NCBI GenBank assembly: GCA_964106915.2 | Contig: OZ066917.1 | Source of the DNA: Podarcis gaigeae | Lineage: Eukaryota | DNA length: 64,000 nt | Strand: one strand, 5' to 3' | Part shown: in pieces, positions 50,335-64,000 of the stretch | Position numbering within the stretch: the stretch's first letter is position 1 | How the letters are laid out: each line of letters begins with the position of its first letter | Position numbers and translations under genes: made by a program | Notes under the pieces: model-generated | The model's input: the letters and a program-made list of their open reading frames with translations, nothing else | Told to the model about the DNA's origin: nothing | The model's database searches: none

Positions 50335-52842
50335 ACTACATTTAAGAATGTAGTTTTTAGTTAATGCAGCTCCATTGAACTTGGCAGAGCCATTAGCCTT
50401 TTTGTTCTTAATTACCATGAGAAACAAATCATATTGGGTTAGGAGAGAAATATCATTGGCTAAGGTTCTTTCCAAGGCCTTGGCTTTCCCTCTTCTTTTC
50501 TAGATGTGCTGCAGTTGTAATTCACCAAACAAAAGATAGTTCCTAGAAGCAAATATTTTTCAAACTATGGGTTATGAAGCTGGCTTGTTTAACTAGCCAT
50601 TTTTTAAAGCAAACCAGGATTCCTGGATTGTAATGCTAAGTTGGCTCTTGGAAAGTTAAACTAAACTAGGAGAAGTCTTCTTGGATGCAAGGGATGGTAA
50701 GGGGGAATACACCTGCCTGACACTTCGCTTGGGCTCTTGGGAGGTTCATCAACATAATGCTAAACTATAGTTTAACGTTACATGTGAATGCAGCCATTAG
50801 CTTTACTAGTCCTAGGCAAATACAAGGCTAGGAACAGATGAATGCTCACCTGATGAAATGTGGCTAGATTTGGCCAACAGATTTTCTAATGGAAATCTTG
50901 CCTCTAGGAAAGTGAAGTTCCATTGACTTCCAATTTGCTGTGCCTTAGATCCAGGGATAAAAGCACTGTTCTACTTTCCTAATGGTCAGAGCAAAGGTCA
51001 AGGTGGATGCAAGCCAATCAAGTGGTTGATGCTGAGTGCCAAGGGAATTGTAATGGCTGTTTCCGAGTGAGCAGTGTCAACAATAAATATGAAAACCATG
51101 AAGGACAAATCCTCTGAGGCTGTTGGAAGGAATCTAGAGTGCTGATATGATTTATTTCTACTGGCACTGTGGTTGATCATTTAAAGATCCCACAGATATA
51201 AAAACAAAACCATAAGCCACCAGCCACAAAAAGAAAGTAAGATCAGTGGCAATGTGCTGTTGTCTGCTTCAATTTAATTAATCCTGGCAAGTCAAAGAGG
51301 GCTGGGCAGATCCCAAGAGACTGTCTTTTACCCAGAAATCCACTCAACCTAATTTCACCAATGTAGGGCAGCAGAAGGACTTGGCGCTCAGCCTACAGGC
51401 CATTAGCACATAGTGGAGATGGAGACAGCTGGGAATGCTGCCCTCAGTTGGAACTGGTGCCCCCCTGCCTGACTCAGTTTTATAGCAACCAAGTTTGTAT
51501 TTATTCACAGCACTCATTCATTTCCTGATAAATGAATGTGCACATCCTCCTTGTTCTTTCAAGGAACTACAAAGTGCACCAAGAAGCAAGGTTCTTAAGA
51601 AGCTGTGCCAGCAGGATTTTGCCATATCTGCTGAAGGCCTTTTTATTTACTGTAGTATGATACAGAAGAGTGCTGGTGATTCCCAGGTGAAGGAAGAGCA
51701 TTGGTTATTGGAATCTCCATGCACTAGAAAAAGTAAACTCTGTGTTAATCACCTATCAAGTTGTTCCTTGGTTCAGAGAGAAAATGTTGAGATTGCTCGA
51801 ACTGGGAATGGGTGGGGAGGCAGAAGTGGGTATTGAAAGTAAATGCATTGTTGGGAGTGAAAGCTAATTCAGTGCCCATCATTTACAATTCTTCCACAAA
51901 CCATGGTTTGGGAAGCAGTGTTATTAAACCACAAAGGGATAAGATGAACTCTCCTGGGTCAGACAATGGTCCATGTATTGAAGCGTGCTGTTTCCAACAG
52001 TTGCAAAGAGGAAGTCCATGGAAGGGCTATTACAGGCAGACAGACAGAGGAGGAAGTCTATTTTCCCTGAATGTGCAAGGACATTTGCCCACCAAATTGT
52101 AATTCTATGCGTTTTCAACTAAAACCCAATAATTCTTTTCTATTAAAAGTCCCATGTTCCCAGGTGAACTGACATGAAAAAGTCCTGCATGCCAAAATGA
52201 AGGGATTTCCCAAAGGCCAAAGTTACTTCGGAAGAGCTCTCAATGGCACCAGTGCAAGTAATGCCCCTTTGCTTTGGTTCAGGGATCCTGGCTTTTTCTC
52301 ACTTCAGTCTTACAAACCTGATCTCTTCTGACTAGATGTTTCTGTCACCCAGATCACTTTCTAGTTTGTTTACCTGCAGTTGCTTCCATTATTATTTTGG
52401 TCTTTAGAGGTGACCCAATAGTAATAGCTTAATTTTTCTATTATACTGTGCATGCCCTCTGTATCCAATCCCTTCTGCCATGCCCCCTCCCCTGCTCTAT
52501 TTAATTTTGCTCAGTGTAATTAATTAATTCAGCGTAACTATCATTCCCAGTTTCATACAGTCATCAGCTTCTGTTGGAATCTCCATTTCTCCCATAACTA
52601 TGCCTAGAAAGGATAAAGAAGTCAGCAAGGCATGAGACTAGGACGTGTAGGAGATATGGGGGCACCAAAGTGGGGTTCTTCCCAAGCCACCCCCTTCACT
52701 GCCTCTGCTTCACACACCTCTTTGAATGTGTCATTGAACTCTAATAATACCTTTTACGTGCCTGGATGCAGAAGAAAGAGATAGGTGTGTGTATGTGTGT
52801 AGAAACTAGCCTACTGTACAAAGATAACATTTAGATGCATTG

Positions 52843-52843
<1 letters not shown>

Positions 52844-52881
<38 letters not shown>
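52844..52881. repeat. (CA)n microsatellite
   Basis: Read directly from the sequence. Confidence 0.95.
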
Positions 52882-52886
<5 letters not shown>

Positions 52887-53737
52887 CTTTGGCTCTGCCC
52901 ACCTCTGCAAGAAGGGGGAATGTTTTTTAAAATACTGTGGCCTTTTAAATGTGTTTATGGAAGGGGGTTATGGAAGGGGGTTATTGGTCTGTTTTTATTA
53001 TGTATTTTGTGTTCTCATTTTGCATTTTTATGTTGTGAACCATTTTATGATCTTTGGGTGAAGGGCAGTAGACAAATTTAACAAATAATAATAATATGGC
53101 ACTTTGTCTTGCTCACCTTCTATAAATTCAGAAACTGGTGCCACGTCAAGTTACAAAGCAAAAGGATTCTGTGTTGCCAATTCAACATGAAGCTGTTGTT
53201 TTTGGGTATACAGAGCTAGGTCCGCATTGCCAATTTCTAAGACTATTGGTCTACACAATTTCTAAATCCATGCACACACAAACACACAACAGCTAGGCCC
53301 AGGAGCTTTCTAACCCGCATAGAATTAGTGTATTGAAGTTCCTTTATAACAAGAACAAGTAATGTGTGCCTCAGTCAGCCATTCAAGTGAACACGTAGAG
53401 GCTTAAAGTGGAGAGGGGATGAGGTGCACATGAAAGCCCCATTTCCAGAGTTGCAGAGCTCAGCTGGAATCCTCCATGCAATCAGAAGAGGGGGCTCAAT
53501 ATGCTTAGCCAAATGTTCAGCCAAATGTGCTTAGAAGCCATCTTTCCCTGCTAAGGTCTGAAATGGAGCCTTCACATGGGGGGGGGGCATTGGGAGGGCA
53601 GCATTCCGCCAACCTTCTTCCTAGCTTCAAGGTCATTCACTTGAACACCCAAATATGTCGCTCAACCTAATTTTTCCACAAGTGTCAATGTGTGAATCAA
53701 GGTTGGATTTACAACTTTGCGTTTGTATACCTTTCAG

Positions 53738-53826
53738 ATGCTGTAGAAGAAACCAAACCTTCTGAAAGTGCCCAGCAGGAAGAAGCGAAAGAAGACGAGA
53801 GCAAGGCGGACCAAGAAAATGCCTGA
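53738..53826 (+). CDS. GAP43: GAP43 coding exon 3 (C-terminus DAVEETKPSESAQQEEAKEDESKADQENA*)
   Basis: Acceptor ctttcag|AT, phase 1, compatible with exon 2. Conserved GAP43 C-terminus and TGA at 53824-53826. Total CDS is 732 nt = 243 aa. Confidence 0.97.
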
Positions 53827-54050
53827 ACATTAAGAAATGACTCCCTGTTGCCCTGTGCCCCCTTCCTCTTTCCCCGTATCTCCCCTCCCTCCCTCGTTCC
53901 AATCTCACCCTCTCCCGCTCGCCCTTGGGCTGAGTCTGTCTGTCTTCCTTGTCCCCTCCGCGCCCCTCCCTTAACCCTTTTTCTCTCTGTGTGGCAAACA
54001 TTTAAAGAAAAAAAAAAAAGCAGGAAAAATCCCAGTCAAACAGTGTGGCT

Positions 54051-54135
54051 TAAACATTTTGTTTCTTGGTGTTGTTATGGCGAGTTTTTTGGTAATGATG
54101 ATCCAATCATTTTGGGAAAATTCTTGCACTGTATC
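54051..54135 (+). promoter_or_regulatory. GAP43: GAP43 3' UTR U-rich element (candidate HuD/ELAVL4-KSRP stability element)
   Basis: taaacattttgtttcttggtgttgttatggcgagttttttggtaatgatg... matches the conserved U-rich block of mammalian GAP43 3' UTRs as I recall it. Confidence 0.65.
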
Positions 54136-54481
54136 AGAATTGTTTGATCTGCGCGTGCGTGTGTTTGTCTGCCCACCACGAGTGCGCTCTCTCTCTCTCT
54201 CTCCTTCTCCCTCTCTCTCTCTCTCTGTTCCAAGTGTGTGCGCAATGTTACGTTCATCTGAGGAGTCCAAACCTATTGAGTGAGTTAAGGAAAGGAAAAA
54301 AAAAAAGAGAATGAACATTTTTCTTTTCTTTTCTCCCCTTTTCAATGTGATGATGGTGATGATGGTGGAATGAACTAAAGGAGGCAAAACAAACAAAGCA
54401 AAAAAAGAAAAAAGAAAAAAAGAAAAAAAGAAAACGGAAAACACAGAATGAGAATACAACCCCGGTTTGTTTTTAAAAAAT

Positions 54482-54497
54482 AATAAAATAAAATAAA
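54482..54497 (+). terminator. GAP43: GAP43 polyadenylation signals (tandem AATAAA)
   Basis: AATAAA at 54482-54487 and 54492-54497, followed by gcaaatgtgccaattagcgt and GT/T-rich sequence. Confidence 0.8.
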
Positions 54498-55090
54498 GCA
54501 AATGTGCCAATTAGCGTTACTTGTGACTCCCGGCTCCTTTTTCAAACTGCAGAATGACAATAAAGGAGAATAATTATGATGGTATCACTGTGATGCATTT
54601 CTGTAGCACATTATATTTCAGTGGATCTTGTGTGTTTTGTGGGTAGAAATTCATTCGGGTGGTTATCAGTATACCAGACATGCTTCAATTTTTATGCGGA
54701 TAACTTTTCTAAGGAGCAGCATATGTTAGAATGGCCACAGAAGTGCAATTTCAGTCTGACATACAGCAATTAAGGATCAGTTTTTTGATGCACATAGTAG
54801 ACTGAAATTACTACGGCACATAGGTTCATCCGTTCTGACATAACAAGATACATGTAGCATCACATACTGCACAGTTTTTGTGTTCCATCTGCAGCCACAG
54901 AAGATGGATGATGCTGGATCACCTAGTCGTTCCTTGTACACTTTCAGTGAAAATGAATGTCTGACAGATGTCAATATTGTATGTCAGGTGTTAGCTAGGG
55001 AGGGGGGGAGAAATCATGAGAAGGTTACAGCAATACAAAACGTACCATTAAAAACAGATTAAAACAAAATTACAATCACAATTAGAGTTT

Positions 55091-55128
55091 AGATAGATGA
55101 TAGATAGATAGATATAGATAGATAGATA
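55091..55128. repeat. (GATA)n microsatellite, imperfect
   Basis: Read directly from the sequence. Confidence 0.85.
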
Positions 55129-56236
55129 GTCAAAGTAAGGTGCAATGAAGGTGTCAGACAAAGCTCTGTGGAGCAGGAATTCCACAATGTAGGGGCTGCC
55201 ACAGAGAATGTCCTTTTCTGTGTCACCACCCCATTAATCTCTGAAGGCTTCCTGAAAATGAATGCCAAAATACAGCTTTTGGGTTTTTTTTTTTTTGGGG
55301 GGGGGAATTTGCACTTCTCCAAATTTTGTGATGCATTTCTCCAACCAAATGATGCATAAGAGAACATGTAGATTTGGGGAAAGCATGCCTAAAATGCATA
55401 TATTTATGAAAATGGCATATGAAATGCATTGTATTGGGAGAAGTTAGTTGCAAAAGTGTGGGCATTGCATACAAAATATTAGGAGAAATGCACCCTAAAA
55501 TGCTGATGAATTTTCACAAGGATTTCTTTTTTTTGGGGGGGGGGGGGAATCTGCGACTGATGTGGAAATGGGGATAACAGAATGGATTATTAGAAAAACA
55601 AGAAACTGAAAATGAGAGTTTTGTCCATCTCTAGCATTAGCAGACTTCAGGCTTCTGGAAACTCCAAGAATCAGCAACTGTAATAATAATAATATATTTA
55701 TTGTCATTGCCCCCTCTCGGGGACAACGAAATTACTTGGCTGCTCCATCCACCCAGGTGGGAAATAGTCCCTGGGGGAAGGTAGACCCAGTTACCTACTG
55801 AATCCCATGAGTTAAAGGCCCCCTTGGACAAGTACAGTTCTACAGCTGATTTATTTCAGATCAGGGATCCTAACAGCATAATTTAGAGAGAAATAAAGAC
55901 TTTGTTGTCACTGTCCAGCGATCTACCTTCTGACCATCCCTGCTCTATGCAACTTCGGTCTCAACTTCCTGTAGCTTTACAGTGCCCTCTGCTGGTTAGC
56001 TGCTAATTTGCAAAAGAGGGAAATGTTTATTAGGCAGTGGTAGAAGGAAAGCACCGTAGAAGTTACAGGGACTACTATAGTTGATGAAACAGGTGGGTCT
56101 ATATAGTCTAGAAATCTGACTTAGCCATTAGCAAATTCCCACTATTTGACGGAAACATATGTCTCCTATAATGCTTGTAGGTGTTGTGAATGAGTAGCTC
56201 AGTATCCCAGTTATGTACAGGTTAGGTTTAGGAGTA

Positions 56237-56448
56237 CAGTGGTACCTCGGGTTACATACGCTTTAGGTTACAGACTCCCCTAACCCAGAAATAGTACCTT
56301 GGGTTAAGAACTTTGCTTCAGGATGAGAACAGAAATCGTGCTCCGGCAGCTCAGTGGCAGCAGCGGGAGGCCCCATTAGCTAAAGTGGTGCTTCAGGTTA
56401 AGAACAGACCTCCGGAATGAATTAAGTACTTAACCCAAGGTACCACTG
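56237..56448. mobile_element. Tc1/mariner (pogo/Tigger-like) MITE
   Basis: TIR cagtggtacctcgggtta / taacccaaggtaccactg with TA target duplication. Confidence 0.9.
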
Positions 56449-57402
56449 TAAAGTGAAAGACAATATAAGCCTCTGATCAAATCAGAGATCCTGCAGACCA
56501 TCTCAGTGCCTCCTACCTGAATTATTTCCAAAGTACTTTGTGATATATTTAAATACCAGGCACTTGAATAGCTCATTTTTGAGACAGCATCCCAAACAAG
56601 CTAGCTGAGGACCACCTGTTTTGAGTAAGAGGAGAACTGCTTCCTACAAAACCCCACAATTTTGCTAGTGTTCACTATCTGAATATACACTAGGACCAGT
56701 TTCCCTTATCTGATGAGACCTGACAGCCTCAATAGCTCAAGGCGTGTATAGCTGTCTGCGTCTGCTGTTCTCTTTATTAGCTGTGAGAGCAAACAGTTTA
56801 ATTGTATTACGGGAAAACCATTTTTTAAAGGATCCTTCTGTAAAAAAGCTCTTAAGATAATCATAAATCCTGCAGGTGATGCCCTCTCACTGCCCTGATT
56901 AATGTCCCTATATTGTCTGTGAGCCTCTTTTTAATAGGACTTTCTTCTCAGTGAAGGCTGGAAACAATAGCCGCGGTGACCCTAAGCAATAGTGTTATAC
57001 AATAGCACATGCTTGATAAACCCACTAGCCCCACAGCTGAAACACCCAGAAGGACACTGTGTCCAGAGATGATGCTGAAGTTCTCTGATCTTGGGCTCAC
57101 AAGTCAAAAGCCTCCCTCAAAGGAGTACCTTGGGCAAATGTGATCTCCCATGGTCCTCTGGGCTTAGAGTCCTGATGTGCTGTTGCGCAGGAAGGAAGGG
57201 GATGAGGGGAGAGTGGGGAGTGGGGCTGGGCTTTAGAAAACACTGATGGCTGGTGGACACAGGGACATTTCTTCTAGGCTCTCAGATTGACTGGTACAAT
57301 GAGGTTTTCCCATTCTGTCCTCCTCCCCTGGACGATCTCAGTACTTTTCAGAATTAATCCGAGATAAGTTTTGGAAACACTTCCATCTCTAGTCACCAAA
57401 TA

Positions 57403-57647
57403 CAGTGGAACCTTGGGTTGCAGACATAATCCATGACAGAGGCACGTCTACAACCCGCCGTGTTCGCAAGCTGAACAGGTGCCGGCGCCATTTGGCACTT
57501 CTGTGCATGCTGAAGCATGATTTAGTGCTGCTGTGCATGCGCAAGTGTCAAACCCCGGAAATACCCCATTCTGGTACTTCTGGGTTTCCCGCGGTCCGCA
57601 ACCTGAAAACACATAACCTGAAGCAAACATAACATGAGGTATGCCTG
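57403..57647. mobile_element. Tc1/mariner-type MITE, diverged
   Basis: TA-flanked, with imperfect TIR cagtggaaccttgggttg / taacatgaggtatgcctg. Confidence 0.65.
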
Positions 57648-57754
57648 TAATTTGTTTGGAACAGTGTGTTTGAATAGAATCCTAGTTAAAAATGAGAATG
57701 CTGGGAAAGAAGTGAAGGGAAAGGAAAGGAAAGGGAAAGCAGAGTGTATGGCAA

Positions 57755-58120
57755 ACTCTGGGGCCTTAAGGAAGGGTAGAGCATTTGCTTGCATGCAAAA
57801 CGCCCCGGGTTAAATCCCTGACATCTCCATACAGAGCTGAAAAAGACGCCTGCCTAGGAACTGGAAAGCTGCTGCCTGCAATACTGAGTTAGATGGACCA
57901 ATGGTCTGACTAAGGACTCAGCTACATTAGTAAACAAACAAACAAACAAAAAGTTTTACAAATGCGCTGTAACCCTGTGACACCAGATGGCGCTGTAGAG
58001 CTGTAATTGGAACTCTATGAAATTTTGCAACTTTGAGCTAGAAAACGGTTATTTAAAGATCATTTTCAGGTTGTTTTTTAATAGCTGCGTAGATGCCTGT
58101 GTATAAGGCAGCTTCCTCTG
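57755..58120 (+). mobile_element. tRNA-derived squamate SINE interrupted by a ~190-bp insertion (57911-58099)
   Basis: Head ggtagagcatttgcttgcatgcaaaa...ggttaaatccctg. The tail tagatggaccaatggtctgact...gtataaggcagcttcct is split by the insert. Related uninterrupted tails lie at 28730-28778 and 40725-40750. Confidence 0.6.
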
Positions 58121-58244
58121 TAAGGTGAATGAGTCCAGTGTGGCAGATGGAATTCAAACTAACTATGTGAATTCTCATAAGAAACTAATATGCTTCCGCT
58201 GCAGGTTTTTTATTTAGGGAGGAACAGTACTTCTGGTGGTGGAA

Positions 58245-58920
58245 CTAACCTTCTGGGGTAGTTTGTCCACCATTAATCCCCACCCTGCACTCAGCTCTCA
58301 CCTGGGACTCCCAGAAGCTGTCAGCATGTGACACCCCACGAATGGCTTCAACGGGCCAGCTAAACCAGGTGAGGATCGTCAATGGGTCTCAAACCTTCTG
58401 TGAGTTAAGAACTTCCCCTGTATGCAAAGATAGGCTCCAGCGAATTGAGTGGATGAGACCAATAGTGGGTTCAACATTCAAGAAGGCTGTTTCTCTGCAG
58501 GTGGTAGAGGGAAGTGAGGGATAGATGGTGCTCATCAACCTGGGAAAGCAGCTCATCTAGGAGAAAGAAAACTGATCCTGAACCCCCGCTGCCTTGTGGG
58601 ATATATTTGGGAGAAGAAAGGGCTAAGGAGTAAACTCTACACAAATCCAGAGTGGAGTCCCTAAGACAGTTGGGTGACAGCTTGTACGCTTCCGTCCAGC
58701 AATTCATGTGCTGCCAAAAATTTTGCTCTGCTTTCCTTTGGACCACATCAGTGAGGCTGAAAGGAGGGTCTTGTCATCTGGGCAGCGCAGGACCTCCATA
58801 CACACTGCCTAGGCTTGTACCCTGTGGAGATCACTTCGGTGTTGCTAACAGCAGTTTGCCTTCACCCCTGGAGGCACACTTCATTGTCCCTCAAGACAGA
58901 TGGATGACAATAATGACAAC
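58245..58920 (+). mobile_element. Non-autonomous RTE-clade retroelement (probable)
   Basis: Contains gcagctcatctaggagaaagaaaactgatcctgaacccccgctgccttg, resembling RTE 5' UTR motifs. Ends in gacagatggatgacaataatgacaac. Confidence 0.45.
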
Positions 58921-61900
58921 ATTTTTCTCCTGCCTTTCCTCCAAGGTGGCATACATAGTTCTGCCATATTCTCCTCAGGGCAAACCCTGAGCAAACCCAT
59001 TGAGCAGACAACAATAAATCTTCACTAACTTTTGTTTTACAAATGACTATTAACTTTTGAGAACACTGCCGATTAGCACAAGTGCCAAGGGAAAGGAAAT
59101 AAGGGCTGCTTTAGAAGTCAGGCAAGGTAGCTCAGTCTAATAACCATCACCGACTTGAAATCTTTTCTGAAACAATGAAATTGTACATTTATGCTTCACA
59201 CCGTTCATTGCTAGGCTTTTTAAAGCCCTTGGGTCTGGAATCTTCAGCCACCTCTGAAAATAGCCGCTGTTTCAAGAGGAACACTGTTAACACATTGGCA
59301 CTGCAAAGGCAAAGATGAATACAGACCCTAATATATTAACCAGCTTTGGATCCTTTATTAAAAAAATTAAAAAACCTAGAAGAACAAGGTTTAGTGCTAC
59401 TGCTTTGATCAGGGATTTTCACACTGTGAACACTTTACGATGGAACCAGACCTTGATACCACACAGGATTCCAGAAGACCAGGTAAGCCAAGTCCACATC
59501 TTCTAATAGACAAGTAAGACATTTACCCAGAATCTTAGCCCAATTGTTTCCTCTTCTTCCTAGTCGCAGATTCCATTTATTCCACCATGATCCTAAACAC
59601 ACTGTGTCCCTCTTCTTCCCCTCTCAGTCCTTAATGCTAGCTCTCATTTTACACCATGATCCTTAGTGAAGGTCTGTGGTTCAGCAATGGAGCATGAATT
59701 GGTGGTGGAAATCTTGCTGGCTTGGTTGGGATCAGCCAGATGGGCCCCAGATAACACTTTAGGACAGTGCTAATCTCCTCACAGTGGACCCACCTGGTTG
59801 GCAAGCTCACCAGTGCAGGGGCAATGATTCCACCCAGGCAAGATTTTTTCCTTGCAACACCCAAAAGCAGCTCTACCTCCAGACCTGCTTCGAGATACCT
59901 TCTGAAAATGCAGGGCTAATGATGGGATGTCAGCAATGGGTCAGTTGTAGTACCCGGATCAGTGAGAAAAGCATTATTAGGTAGGAAGCTGTTTATATCA
60001 AACCAGACGTCCATCCACTTGGCTCAGTATTGTGGTTTGCCTATGGCTCACCAGGGTTTCTGTCAGGAGTTTTTCCTCTACCTGGCGATGCCACCGATCT
60101 ACTGCATGCATAGATGTGCCCTGCCACTGAGTAACAATTCTTCCTCATACTTGACAAGGTCAAGCTAAAACTTGACAAATCTTGCAATAAATAAAAATCC
60201 CGCTAGTTAGCATTTGTAGAAAATAAATAAATCTCATCCTCATATAAATCATTGCCAAGCTCTAATATTAGTTAGCAAATTTACAAAATTCAAGTGACTC
60301 GTCCCCAGGGTTCTTCTACATGGTTCACTTCAGTGTATGACATCAGTCTTGGGGGAATCATTTTCACAGAATGCTGTGAGCAAAGTAGCACAAGATTTAT
60401 ATTTTGGGAACCAAGGTACTTTCATATTTGGCAGTTTGAAAATATTAGCACAGAGAAAGGAGTGCCATCTAGTGTATCAACAACTTATAACTTCTTGTAG
60501 CACCCAAAGGATTTTGAAGGCCGTCTTCTACCCTATAAAGATTTGCCAGGCTTTGGTTAGCCAGTAAAAAGTAAGGGCAACCCAACCTTTGATCAGTTCA
60601 TCATTTGTGTGTGCTGAAAGTTTCTACGACGTAGTACAAAACAGCACCATTGTCTTATTTATTTCGTGTTTCAAATTCTGTGATTTGCTTGCAAATAAAC
60701 TGGCTCTACTGGCAGACAAACTAGAAAAGCATGTTGCTCTTTCAAAGATGAACTGAAATTTCTTCTAACATATAGACATTGAAGATCAAGATCACATTGT
60801 CAAAGGAAATGGTTCTCTAGTGTTACTGAAAACGCTGTAGTCTATTTACGTAGGGAGGAATGACAAGATGCCTCTTCCATTTAACTTGCACCCTGCAGGC
60901 AATTATAGAAGCTCAGTGCAGACAAATACCGGTATGTAGTTGGAATGAGCACATTACAAGGCTGGGCTCTTGTCTGCTGGCTTGTTTCTGTTTACCACGT
61001 GTTCATCAGAATCGCTATACAGAATCTGTGCACACAAACAGGGCATGATCTACAGCCCGCTATGTGCTTTTCATTTTACTAACACTAATGGCTGAATAGG
61101 GCTAGTATTTCAGTTACTCATGCATTTTCTTCTCTATTCACCACAATTTTTGCCCAGGGCAAAAAAACCCCAAGGCATCAATTTCTGTGAACAAGTAGGG
61201 TGGTATTCAATTATGGCATCCAGTCAGCACTGGCAGGTATAACTGGCAGCAGTGCACATACTAACATTGGACATAGTCATCATGGCTAGTAGCCATTGAT
61301 ATTCTCATTCTCCCTCCACACTGGCCACCACATTGAGTGTGGTGGTGGTGAATTCCATAGTTTATCAAAGTGCTGTGTAAAGAAGTACTTTGGAAGTCCT
61401 GAATCTTCTAATATTCACCTTCATTGGTGGCAACAGAGTCAAATGACTGAGGACCACCATCCCCCTCTCTCACGTTCCAGATTGACTGTACACTGTGAGG
61501 AATTAAAGTATTAGTGAGGCCCACCACCATGGGCTACTTAAAGCCAAAAAAGGGGGCGGGAAGGAAAGAGGCCTGAAGCAGGTGTACCAGCAAATGGGTC
61601 CAGGGCTGCACAGTGGTCACAATTTCTCCTACCAGCTTGGTTTCCTCAAAATAAGAGTTTCACATGTCCAGGCAGAATAAAGAGAATAAGAAATCTATAC
61701 AGAAACAAACATCTAGAACACCATTCACCAACTTGGGGAAAACCCGTCTATCCAGTGTGATACAAAAATAATCTGGAAGGCACCAGGTCGGTGATATAGA
61801 AGAATGGGGGAAGCATATTTTCATGCAGTTTATCGGTGTGTGCTTTTCTGTATACTTAAAATGAAGCCCGGCCTACCAAGGCAGAGGGGCTACTGGTCCC

Positions 61901-64000
61901 TAGTCATTAGGCGGCAGCAGCCTGGCCTGTTTGCAGTCTTAGCCTCTGTAATCCTCACTGGTAAAGAGGTCATTAATAATGCTTTCTAGCCTGTCACTGC
62001 ATGCTGCATCTTTTGAAATCTATGCCCCTCTGGGCCCATTAGAGGGAGGAACTATGTCTGCTGAAACATATGAGTCTGGCAAGTACTGCCTGCTGTTCTT
62101 GTCTCAAAGCCAACACCACCATCCTTGTACACTAAAGAAGGCTGGGAGACTCTGGGGGAGGATAGTGAGTGAGAATGGGGGTGGGGATGACTGTTGGATC
62201 ATTGCATTTGTTTGTGGAAGTGCAGAAGAGTCTGAATCAGAGTTGGGGTTAAAGCTGAAAGCCTGTGCCTCAATAGAGAGAGCAGGAATGGTGCCTAGCC
62301 CGAAATCAATGTATGAAAGGGATTCTGGCATCGGGTGAATAAATACAGGAAACCATTTACCAAGTAGTCATCTCCCCCTCTGTGCATATAGCCACTTGGA
62401 AAATCAGTTATCCATAAGGAGGTCATCTTCCAGGTGCCCCAGCGAGGTAAGTTGGATGGTTGAAGGGAGGGAGAGAAGGAGAGAGAGTATGCTTCTGGTC
62501 TTGTTTTGTAAAGTGTCCTGGAAGCATCACTGAAGGCAAAGACAATCTTTTAAACAAATATGTTTGGCCGAACATCTACTCTCAATGAGAAATCTAGAGA
62601 AATAGAGACTAATAAAATTTCTCCTTATTTAGGATGGCCATATTTCTAGAAGTTGAGCTTTTTTGGGGGGGAAATGAATCTCAAAAACTTTTTTTAATGT
62701 CCTCAAAATCTCAGACATTTTCCTGATTTCCTGAAATTTCCCCTGGATGCTATTTTCTCTGGTTAAATCCTGAACATATCCAGGAAATTCCAGACGTATG
62801 TCGACTATGCCTTATTACTACTTTGAAGAATGCCAGAAAAAGTGGCTTAACAGCTGCTTAAATGTATGCTATGGTAATCACTTGGTTAATCTGCCCTCTT
62901 TACTCACCCCGAATCTCCACTCCCTGAGACAGGGGTGTGGAATTTTAGCAAGGATATTCTAATGACTCTTAGGCTACAATACCCACTTGAAAACAGCAGG
63001 ACTTACTTATGAGTAGATATGTATAGGATTAAACTGCTACAGATCAATCCAAACCACCCTAATGTTGGACTGTGTCGAATTAGGTGGAGACATAACTCAG
63101 TTGACCTCCCACTAATTGCCAAACACACGTGGTGAGGAGGCCAAATCTGGAATCAATCTAGATTGAAAGCAGCATCTTGAGGATGAGCACAAATGATTCC
63201 AGATTGAGAAGAATACACATTAGTGCTGCAAATGGGTTAGTGTGTGCTTAGCCAAAGACTTCAATGCTACGTAGACATCCTTGGGAGTAAGACCCATTGA
63301 ACTTCCTTCTGTACTCTCACATCAGATTTGACTGGTTGACTGTATGCAATGTACCAGCACCCTCAGTTCTGGGTAAGTTGTTTTAAATATTTGAATTCCA
63401 TATGGTGAAATCCTGGGAATCTTCCAGCCGGTGTCTTATCACGTCATTTGTACTTCTAAAGTGTTCTTAATTCTGCTGGAGCTTCTCTGATCATTTATGG
63501 AACGGGAACAGGATTTTACGAAGATTCTGGTCTTTGAAATATTCATGGGGCTTTAGTGGTGTGTGATTCATTTACTCCCCCTCCCCCTTGTCTTAATGGG
63601 ATGCCTGAGATTGGAAGAGGAGAGAGGAAACTCTGCTGGGAAAGCACTAGAGACAGCTCACTTGGTCACGAACTGAACTGGCCATACTCCACCCTGCACT
63701 TGCCTGTCAGATGCTATCCAGCAGAACTGACATTGGCCCAGCAAATAGCCCTGAAGTAGCTGTAGTACAAGAGAAGCAGGGGTCTGCATATCCTACATCC
63801 TTTTCCAGGTTAAATATAAATACATGAGTTATGTAAGAGAGCAGCTCATCACAGAGGGGTAAAAAGCAAAGGAGCATAATCAAACTGTTTTGACAGATCC
63901 ATTTGTGGCATGTGCAGGGATGCCTCCATTACACAGTTCTGAAAAACTCACATTTGAAAATTTGTATTTCCCTATCACCTTGAGAACTATTTATTCAGTT

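Noticed and set aside
56705-56742. Hammerhead-like CTGATGA...AATAGCTC
   Set aside because: The GAAA box is absent and stems I and II pair poorly. Other CTGANGA hits (e.g. 35359, 47210, 52561, 61003) also lack a valid stem II plus GAAA.
59000-64000. Possible 3' end of the neighbouring gene (LSAMP by mammalian synteny)
   Set aside because: No Ig-domain or GPI-signal coding exon could be recognised on either strand within the window.

Overview
This is vertebrate genomic DNA from a squamate reptile, probably a lacertid lizard (inferred from the Sauria SINE, BovB and Penelope content). It holds one complete protein-coding gene on the + strand, GAP43 (neuromodulin). The three coding exons are 1240-1269, 29705-30317 and 53738-53826, giving 243 aa with the MLCCMRR palmitoylation motif and an IQ/PKC site. 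A CCAAT/TATA promoter, a GA-rich 5' UTR, a U-rich 3' UTR and polyA signals near 54.49 kb are also visible. The ~28.4 kb and ~23.4 kb introns and the 3' flank carry many transposable elements: Sauria SINEs, BovB, CR1, L2, MIR-like SINEs, hAT and Tc1/mariner MITEs, and Penelope. Almost all ORFs in the supplied track are spurious. Main observations: (1) a young Penelope-derived 115-bp palindrome in intron 1 with a complete minimal hammerhead ribozyme on each strand, inserted at the decayed hammerhead of an older Penelope; (2) a candidate 22-nt neural microexon or internal first exon in intron 2 (47596-47617); (3) several RFX X-boxes and oriented CTCF motifs. All functional interpretations are inference from sequence only.
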